From a bacterium (lineage in GTDB: Bacteria > UBA8248), in the NCBI GenBank assembly GCA_965221655.1, contig OZ244906.1, positions 99,633-163,632 of the forward strand: a stretch of DNA of 64,000 nucleotides. The letters are read 5' to 3'. Position numbers and translations under genes: made by a program. How positions within the stretch are numbered: position 1 is the first letter of the stretch; every line of letters begins with the position of its first letter. This document shows, piece by piece, positions 1 to 11,240 of the stretch. The notes beneath the pieces were generated by a model. That model ran no database searches, was not told where the DNA came from, and worked only from the letters and a program-made list of their open reading frames with translations.

Positions 1-1
1 C

Positions 2-124
2 GAGTGCCACCCTGCACCGGACGAAGCCCTCTCTGACGGCCCGAACATGCTCTGCCTCGAGGACCTCGCCCCCCTGCTCGCCTCGCTCGTGGCCATCGAC
101 GCCGCCCGCCTCGCCACGTCGTAA
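2..124 (+). CDS. 3' end of an unidentified protein-coding gene (partial, continues upstream of the window)
   Basis: Frame is open from the window edge to TAA 122-124 (...ECHPAPDEALSDGPNMLCLEDLAPLLASLVAIDAARLATS*). Third codon positions are G/C-rich like the neighbours. Family not recognisable from 40 aa. Confidence 0.4.
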   Translation, partial: ECHPAPDEALSDGPNMLCLEDLAPLLASLVAIDAARLATS

Positions 125-187
125 CGATTCGCCGGTGCGCGCTTTTCCCGCTTTCCCCGCATGGTTTGCCAGGAAGCGAAACGGGAA

Positions 188-215
188 TTGGCGCGTGTTT
201 TGTACATTCTATAAA
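188..215 (+). promoter_or_regulatory. candidate sigma70-type promoter for the bactofilin-TPR gene
   Basis: TTGGCG (188-193), 16 nt spacer, TATAAA (210-215), in the only AT-rich patch upstream of ATG 276. Confidence 0.3.
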
Positions 216-275
216 ATAGGCCGCATATTGCGCCTAAGGCTGTTCGTTCTCCGCCTCTTTCGGGGGAAACGCCGC

Positions 276-2018
276 ATGTTGCCCATGCGCCCCTTCGGTC
301 GTCCCCAGCCCGACTTTTCGTTTATCGGGTCCGGGGTGCGTCTCGCGGGCGTCCTGCGCTTCTCGGGTCGGGCACTCCTCGAGGGCGCGTTCCAAGGCGA
401 GATAGAGGGCGACGGCCATCTGCGCGTCTCCGCGGGGGGCGAGATAGAGGGCGACGTGCACGCGCGCGAATTCGTGAGCGCCGGGCGTACCAAAGGCTTC
501 GTGCACGTACAGGAGGTGGCGGAGTTGCATGCGGGCTGCCACCACCGGGGCGACGTTACCGCGCGCAAGGTGCGCATCAGCCCCCAGGCGCGGTTCGAGG
601 GCAAGCTGGCCATGCCCGAGGCCGTGCGCGTCGCGGCGCCAAGGCCCGGCCCCTTGCGCAGACGTGCCCCGGTTGCGGCGGGCGTGGCGCTGCTGCTGGC
701 CGCGGGCGTTGCCACCACGGCGCTCTCGCGCGAGTTTCCCGTCGATTTCCGCAAGGTATGGGAGCGCCTCGACGCCATCTGGGAGGCGCGGGTCGGCGAA
801 TGGCTCGTCTCAGGCGAGCGCGAGGACCCGGGTCTGGTGCCCGAGGAACTCCAGAATATGTATCTCTCAGAAGCCGCCCGCCACGAGAGCCGGGGCGAAC
901 TCGACAAGGCGGCGGCGAGGCTGCGCAAGGCCCTGGCCCTCGAGGGCAGCCGCAGGAGCGTCGTGCGCTACCGTCTGGCGAAGGTGCTCGCCCGGCAGAA
1001 CCGCTCTCCCGAGGCCATACGCGAAATACACGCCCTGCTCGAAGCCACGCCGGGCCACATCGAGGCCATGATTCTGCTCGGCGACATCTACGTGCGCGCC
1101 GGGCGGCTCTCCGAAGCACGGGGCGTCTACCGCGAGGCATTTTTGCGCGAACCCGAGGACATGGTGCTCAAAAGGCGGCTTCGCGCCGTGGAGGCGCGCA
1201 TCGATTCGGCGCGGCCCAAAGCCCCCGATGCCGCGAAGCCCGCCCCGCCGCCCGCCCGGGTGCTGATAGACGCGGAGAACCTGCTCTCGCGGAAGCGTCC
1301 GGCGCAGGCAGTCGAGTTGCTCGAGGGCGCCATCAAGCGCGCGCCCGAGAACGCGCGGCTTCATTTTTTGCTGGGCGCCGCCCTGGTGGCGATGGGCCGC
1401 ACGAACGCGGCGATTCGCGCCTACAAGAAAGTCGTTGCGCTCTCGCCCGACTGGCTGGACGGCTACGTGCGCCTCGGCGCGCTTTTGGAGTCGAGGCGCC
1501 GCGACCGAGAGGCCATAGCGCTCTACCGCAAGGCGAGCAAACTCGACGCGAACCCCATCGAAATGCGCATCCGCATCGCCAGGCTGCACAAGGCGCGGGG
1601 GCGCAGGAATAGCGCGCGCAAGATACTGAACGAACTGTTAACGCAGTATCCGCGTTCTTCGCTCGTGCTGGTCGAACTGGGCGTCCTCCTCTGGGAGAGC
1701 GGCAAGGCGGAGGAGTCGAAAAAAGTGTTTACGCAGGTGCTGGATATCGACAAGAATTCCGCGCCTGCGCTCAACCGCCTGGCGTGGTTCCACGCGACCG
1801 AGAAAAAAGAACTCGAACGGGGCATCCGCCTCTCGAAGCGCTCGCTGGAGGTCGCGCCCGACACGCCTGCGTACCTCGACACCCTGGCCGAGCTCTACCA
1901 CCGCAGCGGGCAATCGGTGAAGGCGATTCCCCTGATCCAAAGGGCCATTGAACTCGAACCCGGAAATCGTTATTTTCGTATACAATTGGGGAAATTCAAG
2001 AGGGCCAGTCGAAAATGA
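276..2018 (+). CDS. bactofilin-domain / transmembrane / TPR-repeat fusion protein
   Basis: ORF 135..2018; first ATG giving a sensible N-terminus is 276. The N-terminal ~100 aa carry bactofilin-type repeats (FIGSGVRLAGVLRFSGRALLEGAFQGEIEGDGHLRVSAGGEIEGDVHA...GDVTARKVRISPQARFEGKLAM). A hydrophobic helix follows (VAAGVALLLAAGVATTAL), then many TPR-like repeats (e.g. AIRAYKKVVALSPDWLDGYVRLGALLE, AIPLIQRAIELEPGN). Confidence 0.8.
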   Translation: MLPMRPFGRPQPDFSFIGSGVRLAGVLRFSGRALLEGAFQGEIEGDGHLRVSAGGEIEGDVHAREFVSAGRTKGFVHVQEVAELHAGCHHRGDVTARKVRISPQARFEGKLAMPEAVRVAAPRPGPLRRRAPVAAGVALLLAAGVATTALSREFPVDFRKVWERLDAIWEARVGEWLVSGEREDPGLVPEELQNMYLSEAARHESRGELDKAAARLRKALALEGSRRSVVRYRLAKVLARQNRSPEAIREIHALLEATPGHIEAMILLGDIYVRAGRLSEARGVYREAFLREPEDMVLKRRLRAVEARIDSARPKAPDAAKPAPPPARVLIDAENLLSRKRPAQAVELLEGAIKRAPENARLHFLLGAALVAMGRTNAAIRAYKKVVALSPDWLDGYVRLGALLESRRRDREAIALYRKASKLDANPIEMRIRIARLHKARGRRNSARKILNELLTQYPRSSLVLVELGVLLWESGKAEESKKVFTQVLDIDKNSAPALNRLAWFHATEKKELERGIRLSKRSLEVAPDTPAYLDTLAELYHRSGQSVKAIPLIQRAIELEPGNRYFRIQLGKFKRASRK

Positions 2019-2163
2019 CGACCCGAAGCGTTCTGCCCGGGGGAGGGGAGGTTTCGGCTGGTTCGTTTCGCTTCGGCGCAAGACTTCGGGGTGTGTGATG
2101 CCGGACGCTGCGGGGTGCGTCGTCCGGCTCGCGGCCGCCGCCCTTGGCCAGGAGGGCTGAACG

Positions 2164-2997
2164 ATGGGCATTCTTACGTTATCGAGAGAGCTGGGAAGCG
2201 GTGGCGACGCCATCGCCAAGGAAGTCGCCCGGGAACTCGGATGGTCCCTGCTGGACAACGAGGGCTTCGCCGCGGCGGCGGAGTCCTACGGCTACGTGCG
2301 CGCCGAACTCGAGCGCGTCGACGAAAGAAAGCCCGGCCTGGTGGACCGCTTCTTTCGCGACAGGCAGTTGGTGTACCTCGACATCATGCGCGCCATCGTT
2401 TACGAGTCGGCTCTTCAGGACAACTTCGTCATGCTGGGCCGCGGGTCGAACATCCTGCTGGCGGGAATCGAGGGCGTGTTTCGCGTGCGCATCGTGGCCC
2501 CGCTGGATTACCGCCGGCGCACGCTGATGCAGAACGAGGGCATCACCTCCTCGATGGCGGAGCAGTTTATTCGCCACAACGACGACGAACGCATGGCCTA
2601 CACGCGCCATTTCTTCGACGTGCGCTGGGGCGATCCCGCCTACTTCGACCTCGTGCTGAACACAGGGCTGTTCGACGAGGCGACGGCCGTGCGCCTGCTC
2701 GTGGGCGTGCTGCGCAACGAGGAGTTCTCGGGCATGCGGCCCGCCGAATCCCAAAAGCTCCGCAACCTCTCGTTTGCCCAGAAGATAAAAGCGAAGATCA
2801 TGACCGATGAGCGCATCGACGCGAGCGGCATCGTCGTGGACTGTGCCGAGCCGGGCAAGCTGCTTCTCCACGGGCGCGTCAACAGCGACGAGGAGAAAGA
2901 ACTCGCCGAGACGCTCGCCGGGGAGCACGAGGGAGTCGTCGAGTTGAGGAGCGAGCTGGTCGTCATGCCGCCCATCGAGGGGTGGTACCCTGTCTGA
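2164..2997 (+). CDS. cytidylate-kinase-like family protein with C-terminal BON-like domain
   Basis: N-terminus MGILTLSRELGSGGDAIAKEVARELGW is typical of the cytidylate-kinase-like family 2. The C-terminal ~70 aa (VVDCAEPGKLLLHGRVNSDEEKELAETLAGEHEGVVELRSELVV) look like a BON domain. AGGAGGG lies upstream of the ATG. Confidence 0.7.
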   Translation: MGILTLSRELGSGGDAIAKEVARELGWSLLDNEGFAAAAESYGYVRAELERVDERKPGLVDRFFRDRQLVYLDIMRAIVYESALQDNFVMLGRGSNILLAGIEGVFRVRIVAPLDYRRRTLMQNEGITSSMAEQFIRHNDDERMAYTRHFFDVRWGDPAYFDLVLNTGLFDEATAVRLLVGVLRNEEFSGMRPAESQKLRNLSFAQKIKAKIMTDERIDASGIVVDCAEPGKLLLHGRVNSDEEKELAETLAGEHEGVVELRSELVVMPPIEGWYPV

Positions 2998-3043
2998 AGC
3001 GGATGGGGGGAGGGCGGCGCGAGTCGCCGCGCAAGAAGCGCCG

Positions 3044-4189
3044 CTATAGTTTTTGGAGGCCTTGCGCGAGGTCCTCGCGCAGGACGTCGAAGTCTTCGAG
3101 TCCCACCGAATAGCGTATCAATCCCGCCGGAACCCCGCGCCGTGCTGCGCCCTCGTGGCCCAGATCGGCGTAGGCCATGTTGACGTGGTGCTCCGCCTGG
3201 CTCTCCGTGCCGCCGAAGCCGGGTGCGAACGCGGGCACCTCGAGTGCGTCCATGAGGGCGTCGGCCCGTGCGGGGGCGCCTTTCACCTCGAAGCTGAGCA
3301 ACCCGCCGAAGGCGTCCATGTAGCGGGCGGCGCGCGCGTGATCGGGGTGCGAATCGAGCCCCGGGTAGTGCACGCGCGACACCTCGGGGTGGCCCGAGAG
3401 AAATTCGGCGAGCCGCAGAGCCGTTTCGCTGGCGCGGCGCACGCGCAGGTCGAGCGTCTTGAGACCCCGCTCGACCAAAAACGCATCCTGCGGCCCGAGA
3501 ATCGTGCCGAGCAGGGCCTGTTGTTCGCGCAGGGCGTCGATTGTATCGCGCTTGCCCGATACCGCGCCCGCCACCACGTCGTTGTGCCCGCCGATGTACT
3601 TGGTTGCGCTGTGGATCACCAGGTCGGCTCCGTGCTCGATGGGGCGAAACAGGGCGGGGGAGGCGATGGTCGCGTCCACGACGAAGCGCGCGCGCATCTT
3701 TTGCGCCCACGCGGCCATTTGCTCCACGTCGGGTACGCGCAGGGTGGGGTTGGAGGGAATTTCCGCAAACAAAACGCGCGCGGGCGCATCGGGCAGGGAG
3801 TCTTCCGCGTTGTCCGCCAGCACGTCGACGCCCACTCCGTAGCGCGTCAGCAAACCCTCGGCCACGTCGCGCGTGTGCCTGTAGCACTCGGGCGGAACGA
3901 GAATGCGCGCCCCGGGGGCCGAGAGCGCCAGAAACACCGAGGATATCGCACCCATTCCGCTCGCGTAGAGAAGGGAGGCCTCTGCGCCTTCCATATGGGC
4001 GAGGCGGCGCTCGGCCGCGTCGTTCGTGGGGTTGGCGTAGCGCGAATAGAAAAAGGCGTTCTTCTCGCCGCCGTGGAAGGCCGCGAGGTCGGCCGCCGTG
4101 TCGAAGGTGAAGGTGGCGGTCTGGAAAATCGGCGGCGCGAGCGCGTTTTGCGCCTGGCGACGCTCGCTTCGCCTCATGTGGCCGGGCAA
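3044..4189 (-). CDS. Cys/Met-metabolism PLP-dependent enzyme (cystathionine gamma-synthase / beta-lyase / sulfhydrylase family)
   Basis: 381 aa. PLP-lysine motif SATKYIGGHNDVVAG. N-terminal PPIFQTATFTF and YSRYANPT are typical of the family. Confidence 0.85.
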   Translation of the reverse strand: MPGHMRRSERRQAQNALAPPIFQTATFTFDTAADLAAFHGGEKNAFFYSRYANPTNDAAERRLAHMEGAEASLLYASGMGAISSVFLALSAPGARILVPPECYRHTRDVAEGLLTRYGVGVDVLADNAEDSLPDAPARVLFAEIPSNPTLRVPDVEQMAAWAQKMRARFVVDATIASPALFRPIEHGADLVIHSATKYIGGHNDVVAGAVSGKRDTIDALREQQALLGTILGPQDAFLVERGLKTLDLRVRRASETALRLAEFLSGHPEVSRVHYPGLDSHPDHARAARYMDAFGGLLSFEVKGAPARADALMDALEVPAFAPGFGGTESQAEHHVNMAYADLGHEGAARRGVPAGLIRYSVGLEDFDVLREDLAQGLQKL

Positions 4190-4232
4190 CGTGGCGTCTC
4201 CTGTTTCACGGGAGATGAAAACCGAAAGAAAA

Positions 4233-5582
<1,350 letters not shown>

Positions 5583-5644
5583 GTCCTCACCAGAGACGGG
5601 GGCCGGACCCGGGCGGCGCCCCAGGGGAGCGGGGATTATCGCAA

Positions 5645-5679
5645 AGGCGCACCGGGGTGGCAAACCGGCGGGTGCGCCT
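5645..5679 (-). terminator. candidate stem-loop downstream of the MFS gene
   Basis: AGGCGCACC (5645-5653) pairs with GGTGCGCCT (5671-5679), a 9-bp GC-rich stem. Only a short T stretch follows on the minus strand, so it is weak as an intrinsic terminator. Confidence 0.3.
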
Positions 5680-5709
5680 CCCGGTGGGTGATTGCGCGCC
5701 CCGCGCGCG

Positions 5710-6963
5710 CTAGGCCGTGGCGGCCTGGGTGACGCGCACCTGCTTTTCGTCGATGAAGGCCACGATGACGGCCGCCTGGAGGCACAGGTAGGCGGCCAGG
5801 GCGAACGCGAGGTCGTAGCTGCCGAACACGTCGTAGATGTAGCCGCTCAGCCACGCGCTCAGACCCGCGCCGAGCTGGTGGCTGAACGTGATGAGCCCGA
5901 ACAGGATGGCCACGTTGCGCGAACCGAAAAAGTCGCCCGTCAGCGCCGAGGTGAGCGGGACGGTCGCTATCCAGGAGAGGCCGATGATCATCGGCGTCGC
6001 CCAGACGGTGAAGTCGTTCTTGAACAGGATGAAGAGGACGAAGCCCAACCCGCGGAAGGCGTAGATGAGGCTTAAGGGTACTTTTCTGCCGATTTTGTCC
6101 GACAGCGGCCCGACGGCCAGAACGCCCACGGTGTTCAGCCCTCCGCCCAGGGCGAAGGCGGTGGCGGCCAAGCCCGCGGAGAAGCCCACGTCGGTCGCGA
6201 ACGGCACCCAGTGCACGGAGACGACGGTGACCGTAAACCCGCAGGTGAAGAAGCTCGTCACCAAAAGGATGAAGGGCACCTTGTGGAGGCACTGCGCCCA
6301 GGGCAGATCGTAGGGAACGACCATCTTGATGTTCGAGGCGGAGGACGTCGTGTTTTGCAAAAACTCCTCCGAGGAGGGAGCGTTGCGGATGAGGAAGATG
6401 GAAATCGGCATGAGCGTGAAGACGAAGACGATGCCGATGATGAACGAGGTCGTTCTCCAGTCGAGAATGCCGATGAGATAGGCGAAGACGGGCAGCAGCA
6501 TGAGTTGCCCCATGCTCGGCCCCGCGCTCACGATGGACATGCCCATTCCCCGCCTGTCCGGAAACCAGTTCGAGACCAGCGGGGTGCAGGCCGTCACGCT
6601 GTTGCCGATTCCGCCCATTCCCAGCAGAATGCCGAAGAACAGGTAGACGCCCCACAGCGAGTCCACCTGGGTGATGCCCAGCATGGAGAGCGTCGTCAGC
6701 ACCGACCCCCAAATGATGACGTTCTTCGCGCCGTATCGGCGTATCATGAGCCCGCCGAGGGGCTGGGACGCGCCGTAGAGGATCAGGCACAGCGAAAAGG
6801 GCAGCGAGAGTGCGGCGCGGCTGATCTGAAAGTCCTCGAGCATGGGCTTGAGGAACAGGCCGAAGGAGTTGCGGGTGGCCATGCCGAGGAACATCATCGT
6901 GAAGCATCCGGCGAGAATGTACCAGCCGTAATACGTTTTTGAGGAGGAAGCGGTTCGGCTCAC
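5710..6963 (-). CDS. MFS transporter
   Basis: ORF 5710..7026 has 10-12 hydrophobic helices and an MFS-like loop ([11 protein letters not shown]). No SD precedes ATG 7026, whereas GTG 6963 follows CTGAGG by 5 nt, so I prefer 6963. ATG 7026 remains possible. Confidence 0.8.
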   Translation of the reverse strand: MSRTASSSKTYYGWYILAGCFTMMFLGMATRNSFGLFLKPMLEDFQISRAALSLPFSLCLILYGASQPLGGLMIRRYGAKNVIIWGSVLTTLSMLGITQVDSLWGVYLFFGILLGMGGIGNSVTACTPLVSNWFPDRRGMGMSIVSAGPSMGQLMLLPVFAYLIGILDWRTTSFIIGIVFVFTLMPISIFLIRNAPSSEEFLQNTTSSASNIKMVVPYDLPWAQCLHKVPFILLVTSFFTCGFTVTVVSVHWVPFATDVGFSAGLAATAFALGGGLNTVGVLAVGPLSDKIGRKVPLSLIYAFRGLGFVLFILFKNDFTVWATPMIIGLSWIATVPLTSALTGDFFGSRNVAILFGLITFSHQLGAGLSAWLSGYIYDVFGSYDLAFALAAYLCLQAAVIVAFIDEKQVRVTQAATA

Positions 6964-7142
6964 GGACACCTCAGGGTTCGTGGTTGGGCGGTTTCGGGGC
7001 GCACATGGTGCTTGATGGCGCCGCATTCTATATCATGGAAAGGTAAAATGGCACGCGCCCGGAGGTTTTTTCGCGTCGGGTGGCTCGCCTGCCTTTCGGC
7101 GATGCGAGAGAGCGGTCGCCGCACGAGGAGGAGGATTTCGAC

Positions 7143-8480
7143 ATGCAGGCGCCCAGGTTGGCGGCTTCCCACCCCGGCCCCGAAACGCAGCGCGAGCTCG
7201 AGCGGCTGCGCGCGGCCGAGGGACGCGCCGCACTCAGTTTCGGCATGAGCCCTGAGACCGTCGTCGTCGAACGCGCGCGGGGAGCAGTGGTCGAGGACGT
7301 GGACGGCAACGCATTTCTCGATTTCGTCGCGGGCTTCGGTTCGCTGAACGCCGGGCATTGCCACCCCAGGGTGGTGGCGGCGATGCAGGAGCAGGCCGGG
7401 CGGGTGCACCAGGCCATGTCGCTTGGCTCGAGCGTGCGCAACCGCTTTTTGGAAAAGGTGCTCTCGCTCCACTCCGGGGCCACGCCCAAGCGCCTGGTTC
7501 TCGCGACTTCGGGCAGCGAGGCCGCCGAAATCGCCCTCAAACTCGCACGCCGGGCGACGGGGCGCGACGAGATAGTCGGCTTCACGGGCGCGTTTCACGG
7601 CAGAACGCTGGGCGCTGTGGCCCTCATGGGCCGAAAGAACCAGCGCGCGGGGCTGGGGACGCTCGTTCCCGGAATTCACCACGTCCCCTATCCCTACCCC
7701 TACAGAAACCCCTTCGGCGAGGGGGCGGAGGAATGCGTGCGCGGAACCATTGGCTACATCCGCGAGTTTTTGGGCAACCCGGTGAGCGGCTGGGGGGAGG
7801 TGGCGGCGATCATCGTCGAGCCGGTGCAGGGCAACGGCGGCATGATTCCCGCACCCATCGGTTTTCTGAGGGCGCTCAGGCAAGTGTGCGACGAGCACGG
7901 CGTGCTGCTCATCGTGGACGAGGTGATGAGTGGCTTTTGCCGCACGGGCAAAACTTTCGCCTACCAGTACGAAGACGTGGAACCCGACCTGGTCGTAATG
8001 GGCAAGTCGATTGCGGGCGGACTGCCCCTCGCCGCGTGTCTGGCAAAAAAAGAGATTGCCGACGCTTCAGACCCCGGAACCGAGAGCAGCACCTATGCCG
8101 GAAACGTCATGGCCTGCGCGGCGGGGCTGGCCTCCATCGAGGTCTACGAGGAGGAGGGGCTCGCCGAGCGCGCACTGGAGACGGGCGCTTATTTCCTCCA
8201 GAGGCTGGAGGAACTCTCAGAGCGCCATTCCCTCGTCGGCGAGGTGCGCGGGCGCGGGCTGATGGTGGCGATGGAGTTGGTGACCGACCGGGCGACGCGC
8301 GAACCCCTGCCCGTCGCCAAACAGGCGAGCGCGGCCGCACTCGAGAGAGGCCTGCTCGTCTATCCGGGAGGACACCACGGCAACGTCGTGGCGTTCCTCC
8401 CGCCTCTGATCGTCGAGGAGAGCCAGGTCGACGCCGCCGTCGGGGTGCTGGACGAGGTGCTGCTCGAAATCGGCGCCTGA
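7143..8480 (+). CDS. class-III (omega) aminotransferase, GabT/ArgD-like
   Basis: ORF 7080..8480; ATG 7143 is preceded by GAGGAGGAGG. PLP-lysine context DEVMSGFCRTGKTFA. GSEAAEIALKLAR and EPVQGNGG motifs are present. Confidence 0.85.
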   Translation: MQAPRLAASHPGPETQRELERLRAAEGRAALSFGMSPETVVVERARGAVVEDVDGNAFLDFVAGFGSLNAGHCHPRVVAAMQEQAGRVHQAMSLGSSVRNRFLEKVLSLHSGATPKRLVLATSGSEAAEIALKLARRATGRDEIVGFTGAFHGRTLGAVALMGRKNQRAGLGTLVPGIHHVPYPYPYRNPFGEGAEECVRGTIGYIREFLGNPVSGWGEVAAIIVEPVQGNGGMIPAPIGFLRALRQVCDEHGVLLIVDEVMSGFCRTGKTFAYQYEDVEPDLVVMGKSIAGGLPLAACLAKKEIADASDPGTESSTYAGNVMACAAGLASIEVYEEEGLAERALETGAYFLQRLEELSERHSLVGEVRGRGLMVAMELVTDRATREPLPVAKQASAAALERGLLVYPGGHHGNVVAFLPPLIVEESQVDAAVGVLDEVLLEIGA

Positions 8481-8549
8481 GAGGAAGCCGACGGCGCCCT
8501 TTGTTTGTGGTAAGATGACGCTGTGGGCTTCGCTGTACGGAGAGACGAG

Positions 8550-9881
8550 ATGCCGCGAAAATTCCAAAAGATGCGTCTGGCGTTTTTAGGCTTCGTGACG
8601 GCGTTGGGCGCCGCGCTTACCTTGTTTCACGCAACCGCCGCGCAAAAGCCGACTCCTCCCGTGCTGGTGCTCGACGTGGCCGACGCCATATCGCCCGGCA
8701 CGGCGGAATACATCAGCTTCGGCATCGAGGAGGCGTCGCGCAAGGGCGCGCAACTGCTCGTCGTGCGCCTCGATACCCCGGGCGGGCTCGTCACCAGCAC
8801 GCGCGACATCGTGAAGGCGATTTTCGGCTCGGAGGTTCCCGTGGCCGTCTACGTCGCTCCGGGCGGTGCGCGGGCCGCCTCGGCGGGTACTTTCATCACC
8901 ATGTCGGCCCACGTCGCCGCCATGGCTCCGGGCACCAACATCGGCGCGGCCTCTCCCGTCTCGGGCGGAGGCAAGCAGATAGAAGGCGACATGCGCAATA
9001 AGGCGATGAACGACGTGGCCGCCTTCGCGCGGGCGGTGGCCTCGCGCACGGGGCGCAATCCCGAGTGGGCCGAGAGCGCGGTGCGCGAGGCGGTCTCCGT
9101 GGATGAGGCGGAAGCACTCAGGCAAAAGGTCATCGACCTGGTGGCCGCCGACGTAAAATCTCTCCTCCTTGCGGTGCACGGCAAGGAGATACGGCTGGCG
9201 AGCGGTACCACCGTAACGCTCTCGACGCGGGGGGCGGAGCAAATTGTCCTCGAGCGCAACTGGCGCCAGAGCGTGCTCACGCTCCTGAGCGACCCCAACA
9301 TCGCCTACGTCCTGATGCTGCTGGGCATGTACGGGCTGTTTTTCGAACTCTCGAACCCGGGGTCCATCCTCCCCGGCGTGGTGGGGGCCATCAGCCTTCT
9401 GCTGGCGCTCTACGCGCTGAAGGTCCTGCCCGTGAATTACGTGGGGTTGTTGTTGATGGGGCTGGCCGTCATCATGTTCTTACTGGAGATCAAGGTGGTG
9501 AGCTACGGGGGGCTGACCATCGGCGGCATCATCGCCATGACGCTCGGCTCGGTCATGCTCATCGATTCTCCCGACCCCTATCTGCAAATCAGCCTCAAGG
9601 TCATTCTGCCCGCCGTCGCGGGCACGGCCATGTTCTTCGTCTGGATCGTGGGTCTGGGGTTTCGCGCCCAGAAGGTGCGGCCCGTTTCGGGCTCGGAGGG
9701 AATGCTCGATCAAGCGGGCGTCGTCAGCGCGTTGTCCGGGGCGGGAGGCCGTGCCCAGGTGCTGGTGCACGGCGAGATATGGCTGGCAGACGCCGCCGAG
9801 CCGCTCGAGGTCGGCGACAGGGTGCGCGTGGTATCCGTGGAAGGTCTCAGGCTGCGCGTCGAAAAGGAGGAGGGTGCATAG
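8550..9881 (+). CDS. NfeD-family membrane-bound serine protease (ClpP-class domain + TM block + C-terminal OB-like domain)
   Basis: Signal/TM N-terminus MPRKFQKMRLAFLGFVTALGAALTLF. ClpP-like VRLDTPGGLV...GARAASAGTFI. A multi-TM central block. C-terminal GRAQVLVHGEIWLA...GDRVRVVSVEGLRLRV. The stop abuts the stomatin gene start. Confidence 0.85.
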   Translation: MPRKFQKMRLAFLGFVTALGAALTLFHATAAQKPTPPVLVLDVADAISPGTAEYISFGIEEASRKGAQLLVVRLDTPGGLVTSTRDIVKAIFGSEVPVAVYVAPGGARAASAGTFITMSAHVAAMAPGTNIGAASPVSGGGKQIEGDMRNKAMNDVAAFARAVASRTGRNPEWAESAVREAVSVDEAEALRQKVIDLVAADVKSLLLAVHGKEIRLASGTTVTLSTRGAEQIVLERNWRQSVLTLLSDPNIAYVLMLLGMYGLFFELSNPGSILPGVVGAISLLLALYALKVLPVNYVGLLLMGLAVIMFLLEIKVVSYGGLTIGGIIAMTLGSVMLIDSPDPYLQISLKVILPAVAGTAMFFVWIVGLGFRAQKVRPVSGSEGMLDQAGVVSALSGAGGRAQVLVHGEIWLADAAEPLEVGDRVRVVSVEGLRLRVEKEEGA

Positions 9882-10649
9882 ATGAACCTGAGTTTGATAG
9901 TCGCCGCCATTATCGTGATGCTGTTTTTCTTCTCCGCCATCCGCGTCCTGAATGAATACGAGCGCGGCGTCATCTTCAGGCTGGGGCGCTTCTACTCCAC
10001 CAAGGGGCCGGGCATCATCATCGTCTTGCCGCTGATCGACCGCATGATTCGCGTGGGACTGCGGCTGGTGACGATGGACGTGCCGCCCCAGGACATCGTG
10101 ACGCGCGACAACGTGTCGGTGAAGGTGAACGCCGTCGTCTACTTCCGCGTGCTGAACCCCGAGCGCGCCATCATCGAGGTGGAGGACTTCCTCTACGCCA
10201 CGGGTCAGTTGAGCCAGACGACGCTCCGGAGCGTGCTCGGCCAGATGGAGCTGGACGATTTGCTCTCCGAACGCGAGAAGATCAACAGCCAGCTGCAGGA
10301 ACTCCTCGACCTCGCTACCGATCCCTGGGGCATCAAGGTGACGAACGTCGAGCTCAAGCACGTCGACCTTCCCAGCGAGATGCAGCGCGCCATCGCCCGC
10401 CAGGCCGAGGCCGAGCGCGAGCGCCGCGCCAAGGTCATCCACGCCGAGGGCGAATATCAGGCGAGCGAGCGCCTCGCCTCCGCCGCCAACAACATTGCCA
10501 CGGCCCCCGGCGCGCTCCAGCTGCGCTTTTTGCAAACGCTCTCCGAGGTGGCGACCGAGAACAACTCGACCGTCATCTTCCCCCTGCCGCTCGACTTGGT
10601 GCGTCCCTTCCTCGAGGCGGGCGCGAACGAAGCGCCCCGGCAAGGATAG
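9882..10649 (+). CDS. SPFH/band-7 stomatin-like protein (slipin)
   Basis: N-terminal TM helix, then [16 protein letters not shown]...[15 protein letters not shown]...[14 protein letters not shown]...[20 protein letters not shown] follows directly after the NfeD stop (TAGATG). Confidence 0.9.
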   Translation: MNLSLIVAAIIVMLFFFSAIRVLNEYERGVIFRLGRFYSTKGPGIIIVLPLIDRMIRVGLRLVTMDVPPQDIVTRDNVSVKVNAVVYFRVLNPERAIIEVEDFLYATGQLSQTTLRSVLGQMELDDLLSEREKINSQLQELLDLATDPWGIKVTNVELKHVDLPSEMQRAIARQAEAERERRAKVIHAEGEYQASERLASAANNIATAPGALQLRFLQTLSEVATENNSTVIFPLPLDLVRPFLEAGANEAPRQG

Positions 10650-10650
10650 C

Positions 10651-10670
10651 GGCGCGCGAACGCGCGCGCG
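10651..10670. terminator. candidate GC hairpin between convergent stomatin and nuclease genes
   Basis: GGCGCGCGAACGCGCGCGCG is an alternating self-complementary GC stem, followed by GATGTTTG. Confidence 0.3.
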
Positions 10671-10742
10671 GATGTTTGCGCACAAGCCCCTGTAGTGGCG
10701 ATGCCCCGCTGCGTCCTTGCGCCGGACCGTCTGCGTCCGCGC

Positions 10743-11240
10743 TCACCAGCGGTTGAAGGGGCGCTCCGGTTCCCGGGGCGGGTCGAACTCGCCCCAAACG
10801 CCGCGCCGATACGCCTTGGCGATGCTCTCCGCCTCTATCAACTGCCTGCGGTAGCGCACGTTGGGGTGCTTGACGAGGGCGCGGCCCAGCCCCCGCAGCA
10901 CCATGAGCACGTTCACGTGTGCGCCGTCTTTGAGAAAGACGTAGTAGAGGGGCTGTCCGTATTCGTCCACGGGTTTTTTGTCGATTTCAAGACCCACGAC
11001 GCGGTTTTCGAGCAAGCGCTTGAGCACCGCGCGCGCCTGCGCTGCGCCGGGTGCGCCGGGAGCGGGAGCGGCCACGCCGATCAGGGCGGCTCGCAGCCCC
11101 CCGCCGAGTTGGAAGCTGGCTCCGTCGTAGACTTTGGTGACGTGCGCGTTGAGGCGCTTTGCGCGCTCCTGGGCGAGGGCGGGCGTGCCGGGGAGGCCGA
11201 GGAGCATGAGCAGACAAAGGAGTCGGGCCGTTTTGCGCAT
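10743..11240 (-). CDS. secreted thermonuclease (staphylococcal-nuclease-like) family protein
   Basis: Signal peptide MRKTARLLCLLMLLGLPGTPALA. SNase-like core VTKVYDGASF...VVGLEIDKKPVDEYGQPLYYVF...NVLMVLRGLGRA...AESIAKAYRRGVWG. Confidence 0.8.
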   Translation of the reverse strand: MRKTARLLCLLMLLGLPGTPALAQERAKRLNAHVTKVYDGASFQLGGGLRAALIGVAAPAPGAPGAAQARAVLKRLLENRVVGLEIDKKPVDEYGQPLYYVFLKDGAHVNVLMVLRGLGRALVKHPNVRYRRQLIEAESIAKAYRRGVWGEFDPPREPERPFNRW

